A stretch of 64,000 nucleotides of DNA, from positions 1-64,000 of the forward strand of contig JBFRWN010000142.1 of assembly GCA_051439605.1 (NCBI GenBank), given 5' to 3'. The notes below the pieces were generated by a model. It did no database searches, was not told where the DNA came from, and saw nothing but the letters and a program-made list of their open reading frames with translations. The translations under genes and the position numbers were made by a program. Positions 49,950 to 61,112 of the stretch are shown here, piece after piece; the first letter of the stretch is position 1; each line of letters opens with the position of its first letter. Origin of the DNA: Synechococcus sp. (lineage in GTDB: Bacteria; Cyanobacteriota; Cyanobacteriia; Thermostichales; PCC-7336).

Positions 49950-52250
49950 CTAGTCTTGTGCTGCGGCGGACAATGGGTCTACCCGCTTGGGTTTGAGCAT
50001 GATCGTGGAAAGGGGTGGCAAGCACAAGTCGATAGAATATCCTTGACCGTGGTAAGCCCATTCATCAGAATGCTTGCCGCCTAAATTCCCCTTACCGGAG
50101 CCCCAAAATTCAACGGCATCCGAGTTCAACAGTTCTTCGTAGAAGCAATGCTCGGGTACCCCAATCCGGTAGTTGCTACGCTCCACAGGAGAGAAGTTGC
50201 ACACCACAACAATGTAATCACCGGAATCTTTAGCACGGCGAATGAAGGACACGATACCGGAGGTGTCGTGGCAATCGATCCACTGGAAACCAGAGGCATC
50301 GAAGTCATTATCGTGCAGAGCCGGTTCCTGCTTGTAGACCTTATTCAAGACTTCAATGTAGGTTGTCAGCTTTGCATGAGGATCGTACTGCAGTAGCTCC
50401 CAGCTCAAGTCATCCCACACGTTCCATTCGCTCCACTGGCCAAACTCCATGCTCATAAATAGAGTTTTCTTACCAGGGTGTCCGTACATGAAGCCGTAGA
50501 GCGATCGCATGCTGGCCAACTTGCCCCATTCATCCCCAGCCATCTTGCCGATAATGTTGCTCTTTCCATGCACGATCTCGTCGTGGGAGAGAGCCAACAT
50601 ATAGTTCTCGCTGTAGACGTACATAATCGAGAACGTGACCAAATTCTGGTTGAATTGGCGGAACCAGGGGTCCATGCTGAAGTAATCCAGCATGTCGTGC
50701 ATCCAACCCATATTCCATTTCAGGTTGAATCCCAATCCGCCAATGTGGGTGGGCCAAGTGACCATCGGCCAAGCGGTGGATTCCTCAGCGATGGAGAGCA
50801 CGCCGGGGAAATAATCAAAGATGACGTGGTTGAGGCTCTTGAGGAATTCAATTGCCTCTATGTTCTCGCGACCGCCATATTCGTTGGCGACCCATTCTCC
50901 ATCCTCGCGATCGTAGTCTAGGTAAAGCATGGAAGCGACCGCATCCACCCGAATGCCGTCAATGTGGTACTTATCGAACCAGAACACTGCGTTGGCCAGC
51001 AGGTAATTGCGCACCTCGTTGCGGCTGTAGTTGAAAATCAGTGTTCCCCAACCCTTGTGTTCCCCTTTGCGCGGGTCAGCATGTTCGTACAGGTGGGTGC
51101 CGTCAAAGTTGGCCAAACCGTGACCGTCTTTGGGGAAGTGACCGGGAACCCAGTCCACAATCACCCCAATGCCCGCTTGGTGGCAGCGATCGATGAAGTA
51201 CATCAGATCCTGCGGAGAGCCGTAGCGGGAGGTAGCCGCAAAGTGGCCGATGACTTGATAGCCCCAAGAACCGTCAAAGGGGTGCTCCGCTACCGGCAAC
51301 AGTTCGATGTGGGTGAAGCCAAGTTCCTTGACGTAGGGAATCAGGTCGTCCGCTAATTCCCGATAGGACTTAAAGCGGGTGTTTTCCTTGTAGTCAATGA
51401 ACGCCAGCTCGGTATCGATTTCTCCACTGGTCAGCGGAGTATCGGCAGATTCGTGCTTCCAAGAGCCCAAATGCACCTCGTATACCGAAATGGGCTTGCT
51501 TAGAGGGTCGCCAGTTTGGCGCTGTTTCATCCATGTTTCGTCCCCCCAAACATAGGTATTCAGATCGACCACCTCGGAGCTGGTCTTTGGGCGGGGCTCC
51601 TGCTTAAAACCATAAGGGTCAGTCTTTTCATAAATGTGGCCGGATTGATTCTTGATTTCGTATTTGTAGAAGGAGCCGACGGTAACGTCTGGAATGAATA
51701 GCTGCCAAATACCGCTATCCCCCAGCAGTTGCATCTGATGTTGGCGGCCATCCCACAGATTGAAATCCCCCAAAACACTGACGTTACGAGCATTGGGAGC
51801 CCAGACGGCAAAGTTAACCCCCACGACCCCTTCGGAAACAGTGGGATGCGCCCCTAGCTTTTCGTAAATGCGATGGTGGTTTCCCTCTCGAAACAGGTGG
51901 ATGTCAAATTCAGACAGGCGAGGGGTGCGATAGCGGTAAGGGTCGAACAGGATGTCAATGCGGCCTGCTCGCTCGATTTTAAATTGATACTCCGGCAACT
52001 CTTGTCCGGCAGGAAATTGGAATTCGAAGTACCCTTCGCACCCCTCAATCGAACTTTGCTCCATTGGATGAGCCGTTTGCGTACCCAGATCGAGCAGGAC
52101 TACCGATTCGGCATTAGGAAATACTGCCCGCACCGTCCACTGTTTTTTGCCATTGCTGCTGACTTCGTGAGGACCTAAATAATCAAAAGGATTGGAGAAC
52201 TGGTTGTACACCAACTGCCCAATTTGCTCTGGGGATAGAGTTGCAGCCAT
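49950..52250 (-). CDS. glgB: 1,4-alpha-glucan branching enzyme
   Basis: FAVWAPNA, YEVHLGSW, SWGYQ, DWVPGHF, GIRVDAVASMLY, AEEST, LSHDE. Confidence 0.97.
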   Translation of the reverse strand: MAATLSPEQIGQLVYNQFSNPFDYLGPHEVSSNGKKQWTVRAVFPNAESVVLLDLGTQTAHPMEQSSIEGCEGYFEFQFPAGQELPEYQFKIERAGRIDILFDPYRYRTPRLSEFDIHLFREGNHHRIYEKLGAHPTVSEGVVGVNFAVWAPNARNVSVLGDFNLWDGRQHQMQLLGDSGIWQLFIPDVTVGSFYKYEIKNQSGHIYEKTDPYGFKQEPRPKTSSEVVDLNTYVWGDETWMKQRQTGDPLSKPISVYEVHLGSWKHESADTPLTSGEIDTELAFIDYKENTRFKSYRELADDLIPYVKELGFTHIELLPVAEHPFDGSWGYQVIGHFAATSRYGSPQDLMYFIDRCHQAGIGVIVDWVPGHFPKDGHGLANFDGTHLYEHADPRKGEHKGWGTLIFNYSRNEVRNYLLANAVFWFDKYHIDGIRVDAVASMLYLDYDREDGEWVANEYGGRENIEAIEFLKSLNHVIFDYFPGVLSIAEESTAWPMVTWPTHIGGLGFNLKWNMGWMHDMLDYFSMDPWFRQFNQNLVTFSIMYVYSENYMLALSHDEIVHGKSNIIGKMAGDEWGKLASMRSLYGFMYGHPGKKTLFMSMEFGQWSEWNVWDDLSWELLQYDPHAKLTTYIEVLNKVYKQEPALHDNDFDASGFQWIDCHDTSGIVSFIRRAKDSGDYIVVVCNFSPVERSNYRIGVPEHCFYEELLNSDAVEFWGSGKGNLGGKHSDEWAYHGQGYSIDLCLPPLSTIMLKPKRVDPLSAAAQD

Positions 52251-52418
52251 AACGGTACCGGGTTGTCTAAAACAGGGGATTTATGGAAAGAGTCTTAAGC
52301 TCCCTTTGAATGTAGCGTCTTATCGTCAGATTTGAAGCGATTGAAAAGCGATGCGAATGTTGGCAAGACCACTCCGCAATCGCGCCAACATCCAGCGACA
52401 TTGGGAAATCAAAACGTG

Positions 52419-52460
52419 AGGGATTGAAGGTATCAGGGATTGACGGTATCAGGGATTGAC
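52419..52460. repeat. 16-bp tandem repeat (about 2.6 copies) spanning the stop codon of the PPOX-like gene
   Basis: AGGGATTGAAGGTATC / AGGGATTGACGGTATC / AGGGATTGAC. Confidence 0.85.
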
Positions 52461-53030
52461 TGAGGTTGTTTGCCAGCATCCATCCACTTGGACAAACAGG
52501 GTTCGGTTTTGCGGATTTCCCCTCAGTTGCAACCGATCGACCTCGTCAACATCAAATAGCAGCAGCACAAAAGTAACTGGAGGGTTGAGGGAATCAGCCG
52601 GTGGGCTGCTGGGGAAGGGAAGCGAGACATCGCGATCGCCTTTGGGGTGGGGCCAGTACCACAGCGATTTCGACTCTTCCGACAATCTGCCCCACAAACC
52701 TAGACGACTCAGCTGTTGCTCCCGATCGGGAGAATCCGCTTCAACAATGGTCATCTTGCCTGCGAGACGAAACTGCTCTCGGGTTTTGGAGAAATACCAG
52801 CAAATGGCAGCGTAGGGGTTCTGCCGCAATTGATCCAGCTTCTCGCTGCGGCTGTCCACTGCCAGCATTAGGGTTTCACTGCCCTCAACAAAGCCGCGAA
52901 ACACCACAGTGCGGTTGCGGGGACGATTGCGAACGTCGACGGTTGCTAGCTGTAGGAAGCGGACACCTTTATCGCTGCGATTACGATGCAATGCCGCCAA
53001 AATTAGCGACTTCCAATGACTTTCACTCAT
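52449..53030 (-). CDS. FMN-binding pyridoxamine 5'-phosphate oxidase-like protein
   Basis: QLATV...PRNRTVVFRGF, DSRSEK, CWYF..TREQFR, C-terminal VNP. Confidence 0.85.
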   Translation of the reverse strand: MSESHWKSLILAALHRNRSDKGVRFLQLATVDVRNRPRNRTVVFRGFVEGSETLMLAVDSRSEKLDQLRQNPYAAICWYFSKTREQFRLAGKMTIVEADSPDREQQLSRLGLWGRLSEESKSLWYWPHPKGDRDVSLPFPSSPPADSLNPPVTFVLLLFDVDEVDRLQLRGNPQNRTLFVQVDGCWQTTSVNP

Positions 53031-53064
53031 GCTTGTTGGCGATTGATTTTTCGGCTAAATGACA

Positions 53065-54129
53065 TTAACGGGATACCGATTGACCGATTTCAACTGGCTC
53101 GCGGGCCATTTCCTCATCTGTAGCTTGGCTATCGTTAGTTAGGTTTTCGTTCGCAAACCCTTCTCCCTGCGATCTCTCACCTAAACGCAGCCGATCCACG
53201 ATCGATTCGCGCTGGTGAATGCAGTAGACACTAGCGAGAGTGACGGCAGCTCCCAACCATTGGACGTTAGTCAAGGTTTCGTGCAGAAAAATATTCCCCA
53301 ATAGCAACGCAAAGACAGGGGTGAGAAACGTGAGAGAGCTGAATTGGGTCAGGTTTTCGCGAGAGGCGCAGTAGAAAAATAAGGCGTAAGCCAGCGCACT
53401 GGTGAAAAAGGCAATGTAGACAACCCCCCACCAAGCCTCTGGAGCTAGCTGGTCCCACTGGTGGGTTTCCGTTTTCAGCGACCACAGAATCAGGGGGACG
53501 CTGCCCACTAGCATGTGCCATCCGGTGGCCACAATCGGGTCAACGTACTTTTGAATTTGGCGCATCATCACTGTGGCGATCGCCATCGACAGTGCCGCCA
53601 GCAACATCAGAACCGTCCCGCTAGATAGCGTGACATCGGATAACAGCAGACCGGACGCCCCCCATTCTGGGGCTAAACCAATGGTGATAATTCCCGATAT
53701 ACCGCAAGCCATAGCCAGCCAGCCTAACCAGCCAATGTGCTCGCCATAGAAGACGGCCGCCATCACCGCCACCGCAATGGGTTGAGTATCGATCAGGACT
53801 GACCCCAAACCGGCTCCAGTGTCCTGAAGCCCTTCAATTAAAAACCCTTCAAATAGCGCCCCGTCGATAATTCCGAAGGCGATTACCCAGACCCAAGCTT
53901 TCCAACCTTTCGGTACTAAGTCTTTGCGCTCGAACCCCAGCCATTCCTGAGCTACCCACATCGTCATCAGTACGATCAGCCCAGCGGGGAGTAGGCGCAT
54001 AGTGGCAATAAACATTGGGGATGCCGCTGCCAGCGGCCCCTTCATCACCACCATCCCAGATCCCCACAGCACAAAAGGCATAAACGGAATCAGCTGCTGC
54101 CAGAAGGGCGGGGATGAATGCTGCTGCAT
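53065..54129 (-). CDS. DMT/EamA family transporter
   Basis: About 10 TM segments; PFVLWG, RLLPAG, AGLGSVLIDTQP, TFLTPVFAL. Confidence 0.88.
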   Translation of the reverse strand: MQQHSSPPFWQQLIPFMPFVLWGSGMVVMKGPLAAASPMFIATMRLLPAGLIVLMTMWVAQEWLGFERKDLVPKGWKAWVWVIAFGIIDGALFEGFLIEGLQDTGAGLGSVLIDTQPIAVAVMAAVFYGEHIGWLGWLAMACGISGIITIGLAPEWGASGLLLSDVTLSSGTVLMLLAALSMAIATVMMRQIQKYVDPIVATGWHMLVGSVPLILWSLKTETHQWDQLAPEAWWGVVYIAFFTSALAYALFFYCASRENLTQFSSLTFLTPVFALLLGNIFLHETLTNVQWLGAAVTLASVYCIHQRESIVDRLRLGERSQGEGFANENLTNDSQATDEEMAREPVEIGQSVSR

Positions 54130-54708
54130 GTGCGATCGTGTGTGTCTTCAAACTTATGTTAAGCAATCTGTCCGATAAAGTCTCATTCATGGAGACTTTT
54201 TTGCCTGATTTTCGCAACAAATGCACGATTCAATCCGAACCACATAGGTAACGATCTTTCAGTTAGTACTGCAAGCTCCTCGCCCAGCTGGACTTCGGTT
54301 CGTTGAGATGGAGATTGAGATGTCTTAAGCGACTTTAAGCTGCCATCAAAGACTGAAATCCCATTGTGCTGTTGCGGTCCTCAGCAACCCAGTTTGAACT
54401 ATTCATCGCGTTAGACAATGGACTCTGGCGCACGATCCGCAGCAAAGTCCTCCCAGATTCGCGATGAATGACAACAGCAACTTCATAACCACCGAATGCT
54501 CGGAGGTTAGCATCAGCAATCTTTCTTGTATCTATAAGAAGAAACAATTGAATCTAGATAAGAAAATAACTGGTACTTAATGATATGATTCGGCCATAGG
54601 ATTTATGAGACCAATAAATGGTCGAGTATAGATTTTTATTTATGTATGTAATCGTTACTTTTCTAGCTTGCTGTTGAAAGCGCAGATCGTCATAAGGACC
54701 CATTCCCA

Positions 54709-56397
54709 ATGACCCTCACCTATTTCATCAATCGAATTCACTTCCAAAATTTACGCGGTGACTTTTTCGGAGGCATCGCTGCGGCAATTGTTTCATTACC
54801 GATGGCCTTGGCCTTCGGAGTGGCCTCTGGCGCAGGTCCCGCTGCTGGACTCTACGGTGCCATCATCATTGGCTTTTTTGCTTCGCTGTTTGGTGGCACC
54901 CCCACCCTGATTTCAGAACCCACTGGTCCTATGACGGTGGTAATGACGGCAGTTGTTGCGTCCCTGATGGCTGCCAATCCAGAAAATGGTATGGCGATGG
55001 CCTTCACCGTTGTGATGCTGGCCGGTGTCTTTCAGATCGTCTTTGGTTTGCTGAAGCTGGGAAAATACGTCACCCTAATGCCCTATTCCGTGATTTCGGG
55101 CTTCATGTCCGGGATAGGGTTTTTGCTGATTATTTTGCAGATGGCTCCGCTATTTGGCTTCTCGAACTCTGGCGGGGGAGCCATTGGAGCGATTCAAACA
55201 TGGCCGGAGATGATTCGAGATTTCAACTTCCCTGAGTTTTCTCTGGGAGCTGTCACCATTGCTATCTTGTTTCTGACTCCTCGCAAGATCAGAACGCTAA
55301 TGCCACCTCAGCTGTTGGCACTCATCCTTGCCACAGTATTGTCTTTGCTGGCGTTTCAAGGGGTCGACATCGATCGCATTGGTGCCTTTGAAGTTGGCAT
55401 TCCCGAACTGACGGTGCCCACATTTACCTTGGCTCAAGCACGTATCATTTTCGTAGATAGTCTAGTCTTGGGGATGCTGGGCTGCATCGACTCGCTGTTG
55501 ACCTCTGTCGTTGCTGATAGCTTAACTCGCACTCAACACAACTCGAATAAGGAGCTTGTCGGTCAAGGGATTGGCAATATTATTTCTGGCCTGTTGGGGG
55601 GATTACCAGGGGCTGGTGCCACCATGGGAACAGTGGTCAACATTCAAACTGGGGGACGCACCATTCTCTCCGGCTTGATTCGATCCGCTATTTTATTGAC
55701 AGTGGTCGTCCTCGCCTCTGGCGTTACCTCGGTGATTCCCAAAGCCGTGCTAGCAGGCATTGCCATTCGAGTGGGAATTGGCTGTGTAGATTGGGGATTT
55801 CTGAAGCGTTCTCTGTTTGTTTCTCGCAAAGCTGCTGCCATTACCTACTGCACAATTGCCATCACTGTGTTCGGCGATCTGATTACCGCCGTGGCAATCG
55901 GGGTATTTGTGGCTAATGTACTCACCATCGAACGACTGACTGAACTGCGAGTTGAGTCATTTACTGCAGTAACCGATGCAGATGATGAAATACTGTTGAC
56001 AGACGAAGAAAATCTCTTGCTTAAGCGCGGTGATAACCGTATTCTGCTGTTCCATCTAGACGGCCCGATGATTTTCGGGGTCGCGAAGGCGATTGAACGC
56101 GAGCAGGCAGCATTAGACGGAAAAGACGTCTTGGTGGTAGATCTCAGCGATGTTCCTATGATGGGGGTAACCTCTTCACTGGCGATTGAGAATACCATCG
56201 AGCAGGCTCTCGATAAAGGGTTAGAGGTATTCATCGTCGGGGCCTCTGGTTCGGTCCAGAAACGTCTGGAAAAATTCGGCATTTTTGAAACGATTCCGTC
56301 CCAAAATCAAGTTGTTAGGCGGGTGGATGCATTGAGGCGCGCGGTGGAGATTGTCAGCCAAAAAACTGGCATGCCAACTTCAGTTCGAACCTTATAG
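54709..56397 (+). CDS. bicA: SulP family Na+-dependent bicarbonate transporter with STAS domain
   Basis: NLRGDFFGG, LPMALAFGVASG, ISEPTGPMTV, IDSLLT, GAGATMGT, GPMIFGVAKAI. Confidence 0.88.
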   Translation: MTLTYFINRIHFQNLRGDFFGGIAAAIVSLPMALAFGVASGAGPAAGLYGAIIIGFFASLFGGTPTLISEPTGPMTVVMTAVVASLMAANPENGMAMAFTVVMLAGVFQIVFGLLKLGKYVTLMPYSVISGFMSGIGFLLIILQMAPLFGFSNSGGGAIGAIQTWPEMIRDFNFPEFSLGAVTIAILFLTPRKIRTLMPPQLLALILATVLSLLAFQGVDIDRIGAFEVGIPELTVPTFTLAQARIIFVDSLVLGMLGCIDSLLTSVVADSLTRTQHNSNKELVGQGIGNIISGLLGGLPGAGATMGTVVNIQTGGRTILSGLIRSAILLTVVVLASGVTSVIPKAVLAGIAIRVGIGCVDWGFLKRSLFVSRKAAAITYCTIAITVFGDLITAVAIGVFVANVLTIERLTELRVESFTAVTDADDEILLTDEENLLLKRGDNRILLFHLDGPMIFGVAKAIEREQAALDGKDVLVVDLSDVPMMGVTSSLAIENTIEQALDKGLEVFIVGASGSVQKRLEKFGIFETIPSQNQVVRRVDALRRAVEIVSQKTGMPTSVRTL

Positions 56398-56423
56398 GGA
56401 TATGAATTGACCGATCGAAGCCT

Positions 56424-56678
56424 ATGGAGAACTCCGATACGAGTGAGCAATTCGATCGCCTTGATGGCCAAAAACCGTTGTTAACGGTCGTGCTGGCTGC
56501 GCTCGCACTGTTCTTGGGAATGACCGAGCCGTACACTCAGCTCAAAGCTCCTTCTGCTCGTCCTAAACCCGCTGCAGCTCGCAAATTGGCGAAGGCTTAT
56601 CCTTTGGCGGATCGCAAATATAACAGCGCGATGGGCAAGCGCTCTCCTTTTCATACCACCGAGAGGGTCATCCGTTAG
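56424..56678 (+). CDS. Possible small single-TM protein
   Basis: ATG 26 nt after bicA; hydrophobic LLTVVLAALALFLGM. Confidence 0.35.
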   Translation: MENSDTSEQFDRLDGQKPLLTVVLAALALFLGMTEPYTQLKAPSARPKPAAARKLAKAYPLADRKYNSAMGKRSPFHTTERVIR

Positions 56679-56697
56679 TCTGGGGATTCGTTACATT

Positions 56698-56731
56698 GGT
56701 TAAGTCTCCCCCGAGGTTAAGTCTCCCCCGA
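56698..56731. repeat. Perfect 17-bp tandem repeat
   Basis: GGTTAAGTCTCCCCCGA x2. Confidence 0.9.
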
Positions 56732-56920
56732 TTGGATGTTAATGCTACCAAGAGTTCCCACCTTGTTGACATCTAGGCATCCATACCGTTAGCGACTAAC
56801 GCCGCCTTCAACGACTTCTCACTTTAGAATTTCATCAACCTCATGGAAAGGGCGATCGCGAGATCGTCCTTTTATCACATCATTGTCTTGCCACCTACCT
56901 ACCTGTGATTTCAGAAGCCT

Positions 56921-58996
56921 ATGGATTTTTTGCTCGAGAAAGTTGCCGACACCCCCCTTTTGGGCTTCACGTTATTGCTTTTGGTCGTACTGACCCTACC
57001 GCCTTTGTTCGAGCGGTTGAAGCTACCGGGGCTGGTGGGTCTGCTATTGGCGGGTATGGCATTAGGACCCTGGGGACTGCAGGTGCTGGATCCAAAAGGG
57101 GAAACCATGACGCTGATGTCAGACATTGGCAAGATATACCTGATGTTTGTGGCCGGTCTCGAGATTGACCTAGAGGATTTCCGGAGGCAAAAAAATCAGG
57201 CCTTGGGGTTTGGGTTTGCAACGTTTATTTTCCCCTTGGTGGCTGGGGTATGGGTGGGGCAAGCCTTTGGATATGGCTGGAACGCATCGATTTTGCTTGG
57301 GTCTTTACTGGCTTCCCATACGTTGCTGGGCTATCCAATTGTTCGCAAGTTTGGGGTGGCGGGGAGTTCTGCCGTTACCGCCACCATCGGGGCGACGATT
57401 TTTACAGATATTGCAGCTCTATTGGTGCTGGCCATCTGTATCTCCATCCATGCGGGAGACTTTACCGCCTCCACGTTAGTGCTGCAGTTGGCCGCACTGG
57501 GAAGTTATGCTGCCCTTGTATTGTTCGGGTTGGACTGGGCGGGGAAAAAGTACTTCCAACAGGTGGGAGACGAGGAAGGCAATCAATTTTTGTTCGTTCT
57601 ACTGGCTGTGTTTATCGCTTCCGCAGGCGCACAGGCCATCAATGTAGACAAGATTGTGGGGGCTTTTTTGGCGGGGTTGGCCATTAATGACGTTGTCGGC
57701 CACAGTCCGGTGGAAGACAAAGTGGTGTTTGTGGGCAGTACTTTGTTCATCCCATTTTTCTTCGTGGGGATGGGGTTACTGGTGGATATCCCGGCCTTCA
57801 TTCAGGCATTGGGGTCAGAGTTGGGGCTTATTCTGGCCATTGTGGCTGCCCTGTTCGGAGGGAAATTATTGGCCACCCTAGCGGCGCGCTTTGCCTACGG
57901 GTATGACTGGAACGAATCCATGACAATGTGGTCGCTATCGCTGCCCCAGGTGGCGGCGACGCTGGCGGCGGCTTTGGCAGGATTCAATGCAGGGTTGTTG
58001 CCCCAGCCGGTATTCAGTGCAGTCATCGTGCTGATGCTGGTCACGGCGATTGTTGGACCGGTACTCACCTCTAGGTTTGCTCCCCGTATTGCTTTGGTTG
58101 CTGAGGGCAAAGGTCAAGATCGCGACTTCGATCCCGAGCAGGATACTTTCCTCAATACCCGTCCGGGGAAGCCTTTTACGGTGGTGGTTCCCGTTGCTAA
58201 CCCCACAACTGAACGCAACTTGATCGAGTTAGGGGCATTGCTGGTCAAACACGAGAGTGGTTCTTTGGGGGCGTTGTCGATTGTAAAGGGACACCAAAGA
58301 ATGGATGCCCCCGAGCTGGACCTGGGGCTGGAGCGGGGACGAGCATTGTTGCAACAAGCCAGTGAGGTGGGGGAGGAGTTTGGGGTGCGGACTCGGCCTT
58401 TGATACGTATCAGCGACGATATTGCACGGGGAATCAGTCGTTCTGCTAAAGAAGCCGGGGCCGATTTGTTGCTGATGGGCTGGAGCGATAACACCCAATT
58501 GATGGCTCGCTTGGTGGGCAGCATTGTGGATAGCGTATTTTGGTCTGCCCACTGTCCGGTGGCGGTAGTGCGGTTGCTGAAAGAACCGGTGGATATCGAT
58601 CGCATTTTGGTACCGGTGCGGGATCTATCGGCCAAGTCCCGCCATGCCATCAAATTTGCCCTGCTGTTTGCCGATACTCACAACGCAAAAGTTACCCTGC
58701 TACACGTTTACGAAAACCCTACCTCTAAGGAGGTCAGCACTGCCTTCAAGGAAAAACTAGAGGATGTCGCGCGAACTTGTCAGTTGCCTGTGCAAACCAC
58801 TACCAAGATTATGCAGGGGACTGAGGTGGCTAGAACGGTTGTGAAAGAAGCCCAAAAGCACGACATGGTCATGCTGCGGTCTGTGCGCCGCACCACTATT
58901 GGTGGATTGGCAGTGAGCGACACTTCAAATAAAGTGCTGAGAAAGATATCTTGCTCCTTTGTTCTCTTAGGGGAGCCAGAGCATCACAGTGTTTAA
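56921..58996 (+). CDS. Cation:proton antiporter (CPA2) with C-terminal universal-stress domains
   Basis: LMFVAGLEID, ASHTL.GYP, FTDI, GAFLAG, LPQVAATLAA; USP-like VVVPVANP and RILVP. Confidence 0.88.
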   Translation: MDFLLEKVADTPLLGFTLLLLVVLTLPPLFERLKLPGLVGLLLAGMALGPWGLQVLDPKGETMTLMSDIGKIYLMFVAGLEIDLEDFRRQKNQALGFGFATFIFPLVAGVWVGQAFGYGWNASILLGSLLASHTLLGYPIVRKFGVAGSSAVTATIGATIFTDIAALLVLAICISIHAGDFTASTLVLQLAALGSYAALVLFGLDWAGKKYFQQVGDEEGNQFLFVLLAVFIASAGAQAINVDKIVGAFLAGLAINDVVGHSPVEDKVVFVGSTLFIPFFFVGMGLLVDIPAFIQALGSELGLILAIVAALFGGKLLATLAARFAYGYDWNESMTMWSLSLPQVAATLAAALAGFNAGLLPQPVFSAVIVLMLVTAIVGPVLTSRFAPRIALVAEGKGQDRDFDPEQDTFLNTRPGKPFTVVVPVANPTTERNLIELGALLVKHESGSLGALSIVKGHQRMDAPELDLGLERGRALLQQASEVGEEFGVRTRPLIRISDDIARGISRSAKEAGADLLLMGWSDNTQLMARLVGSIVDSVFWSAHCPVAVVRLLKEPVDIDRILVPVRDLSAKSRHAIKFALLFADTHNAKVTLLHVYENPTSKEVSTAFKEKLEDVARTCQLPVQTTTKIMQGTEVARTVVKEAQKHDMVMLRSVRRTTIGGLAVSDTSNKVLRKISCSFVLLGEPEHHSV

Positions 58997-59098
58997 TCGA
59001 ATTGATAGAGAATAAAGATTGATATTAAAATAATCTTTATACCAAGCAAATTAAGAAAAAATTGATTGGAAGATATGTTTCAAATTGGTTGTTTGAAA

Positions 59099-59794
59099 TC
59101 ACAGCTTGTCTAAAAATTCTTTGAATAGAGCGATCGCCTGCGGGGGAATTTCATGCATGGCATCGACCTCGTAAAACCTTAAGTTAACTTGCATCGATTC
59201 CAACTTGCGTTTTGTATTGTGGGCGTAGGCAATTGGTACCACCGGATCGCGAGAACCATGCACCATCAATACAGGGGGAAAAGGAGAGTTGGCGTCAGCC
59301 ACAAGGGGTTCCCCCACCCAAAATCCGCTCAAGCACACCAGTCCAGCCAAGCGAGGCTGAATCCCCAATCCCACTCGCAGAGTCATGGCTCCCCCCTGAG
59401 AAAACCCTGCCAAAACCGTTCGTTCTAGGGGAATGCCCGAGCGTTCCTCTAGCGTTAACAACCAGTTCTGCAAGAGTTCCGCGCTCTCATCAGCCCCTTC
59501 CAAACCCTCTAAACCAAACCAAGATTGACCTCCGGGAACCTGGGGATGAGGTAAGGGGGCATTGGGAAACCAGTAATGGCAATCGGGCTTGCCCAATGCC
59601 TGGGCCACTGGTACCAGATCGCGGCAGTTCGCTCCCCAGCCATGCAGTAAAACCAGTTGCGCAACCTTGGACTCTGGTGAAGATGGGGCTTGAGGAACAG
59701 CGTCGGAAGAATGACTAAGGGGACGAGGGGGTAAATCAATGGACTGCAGCATCAGGCAGGGCAGAATCTGAGGAACTAAGGATAATCGTCTCAT
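59099..59794 (-). CDS. Phospholipase/carboxylesterase (alpha/beta hydrolase)
   Basis: LHGWG, GFSQGG nucleophile, HGSRDPVV, MHEI; start may be ATG 59752. Confidence 0.88.
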   Translation of the reverse strand: MRRLSLVPQILPCLMLQSIDLPPRPLSHSSDAVPQAPSSPESKVAQLVLLHGWGANCRDLVPVAQALGKPDCHYWFPNAPLPHPQVPGGQSWFGLEGLEGADESAELLQNWLLTLEERSGIPLERTVLAGFSQGGAMTLRVGLGIQPRLAGLVCLSGFWVGEPLVADANSPFPPVLMVHGSRDPVVPIAYAHNTKRKLESMQVNLRFYEVDAMHEIPPQAIALFKEFLDKL

Positions 59795-60268
59795 CTCAGC
59801 CGAACGCTCGCTTGAAGGGCGGCGCGGTCAGTCTCAAATCGATAAGGAGGTTTACATGACAGTCATTCACTAACATTAAAAAAATACCTATCTCTGAGCG
59901 ATCCCTAACAGATACAGTGCTAGCTTGAAATTCTAAGGAGGGGCGCTCGTAAGGACTCAAAGTCAATGTCCAAGGGTGTTTCTTGAGTAGAAGTCAGATG
60001 ACAAAGTAGACGGCATGTTAATTTCTTGCAAGATTTGTATCGACACTTTACGGACTGGGCACTGGTCAATCGATAGGTGCATAATGGCAGAATCCTTAGT
60101 TCGGGATCGCTTTTTTATGTGGTCGATCTTGTGAGGTATGGCGTAAAATAAGGGAGTAATAGAAATATGAGAGTTGAAAAATAAATCACATCAAAAAACT
60201 CTCTCTATTACTACAGTAGTAACTAAATAAGGCTCTTAATTACCATTGTGAATGGAGGAGGCATTCCT

Positions 60269-60844
60269 ATGCTGAAAATGGTTGTTCAAGGTAGAAATAT
60301 AGACATTACAGATTCCATTCACGGCTACGTCCAGGAAAAGATAGAGAAAGCGGTCAGCCACTTCTCCCATCTTACGAGCGAAGTTGATATTAATTTGTCG
60401 GTCGAACGAAACCCCCGTATTAGTAATAACCATTCTGCAGAGGTCACAATTTACGCCAACGGCAAAGTGATTCGCGCCCACGAGAGTAGCGAAAACATGT
60501 ATGCCAGCATCGATCGCGTAGCGGATAAAATTGCTCGACAATTGCGAAAATTCAAAGAGCGTAACGGCCGCGATCGCAACAAGCACAAGCCCAAAACCTC
60601 TGTGGCGGTGGGCTGGCAGCCGATAGAAAATCCCCCCAATGCCGAACGCGAACCTCAGCTTCCCCCAGAAGTGGTGCGCTCGAAATACTTTTCGATGCCC
60701 CCCATGACGGTGGAAGAAGCGCTTCATCAGCTGGAACTCGTGGATCATGACTTCTTCATGTTCCGCAATGCCGATACCAGCGAGATCAATGTTATCTACG
60801 AACGCAATCATGGAGGGTTCGGGGTAATTTGCCCGAGAAACTAG
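60269..60844 (+). CDS. hpf: Ribosome hibernation promoting factor (long HPF, LrtA)
   Basis: [31 protein letters not shown]...DHDFFMF...INVIYER. Confidence 0.93.
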   Translation: MLKMVVQGRNIDITDSIHGYVQEKIEKAVSHFSHLTSEVDINLSVERNPRISNNHSAEVTIYANGKVIRAHESSENMYASIDRVADKIARQLRKFKERNGRDRNKHKPKTSVAVGWQPIENPPNAEREPQLPPEVVRSKYFSMPPMTVEEALHQLELVDHDFFMFRNADTSEINVIYERNHGGFGVICPRN

Positions 60845-61112
60845 CAGGGCATTGATTCCGGATGCTCTGCGAGAGTTGCTGACCTTGCTCCTACAGTTTA
60901 AGTAGATCTTTTCTTAAATAGATCTTTTCTCCACCCAAGCGTTACGCTGCTGGGTGGAGTTTCTAATGCTTTATTTTTCTGGAATGAGTTGATTGAACGG
61001 AGTGTTTCAGTTATTTCAGTTCTCATACCTACAAGGGTTTCAGGCCTGAGATCTCTCCCAGGCGGATTGATAGCTGCGATCGCTCTCCTCTGCAAATATC
61101 ACCCAATTACCC

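Noticed and set aside
60236..60811. 191-aa minus-strand ORF
   Set aside because: Antisense shadow of hpf
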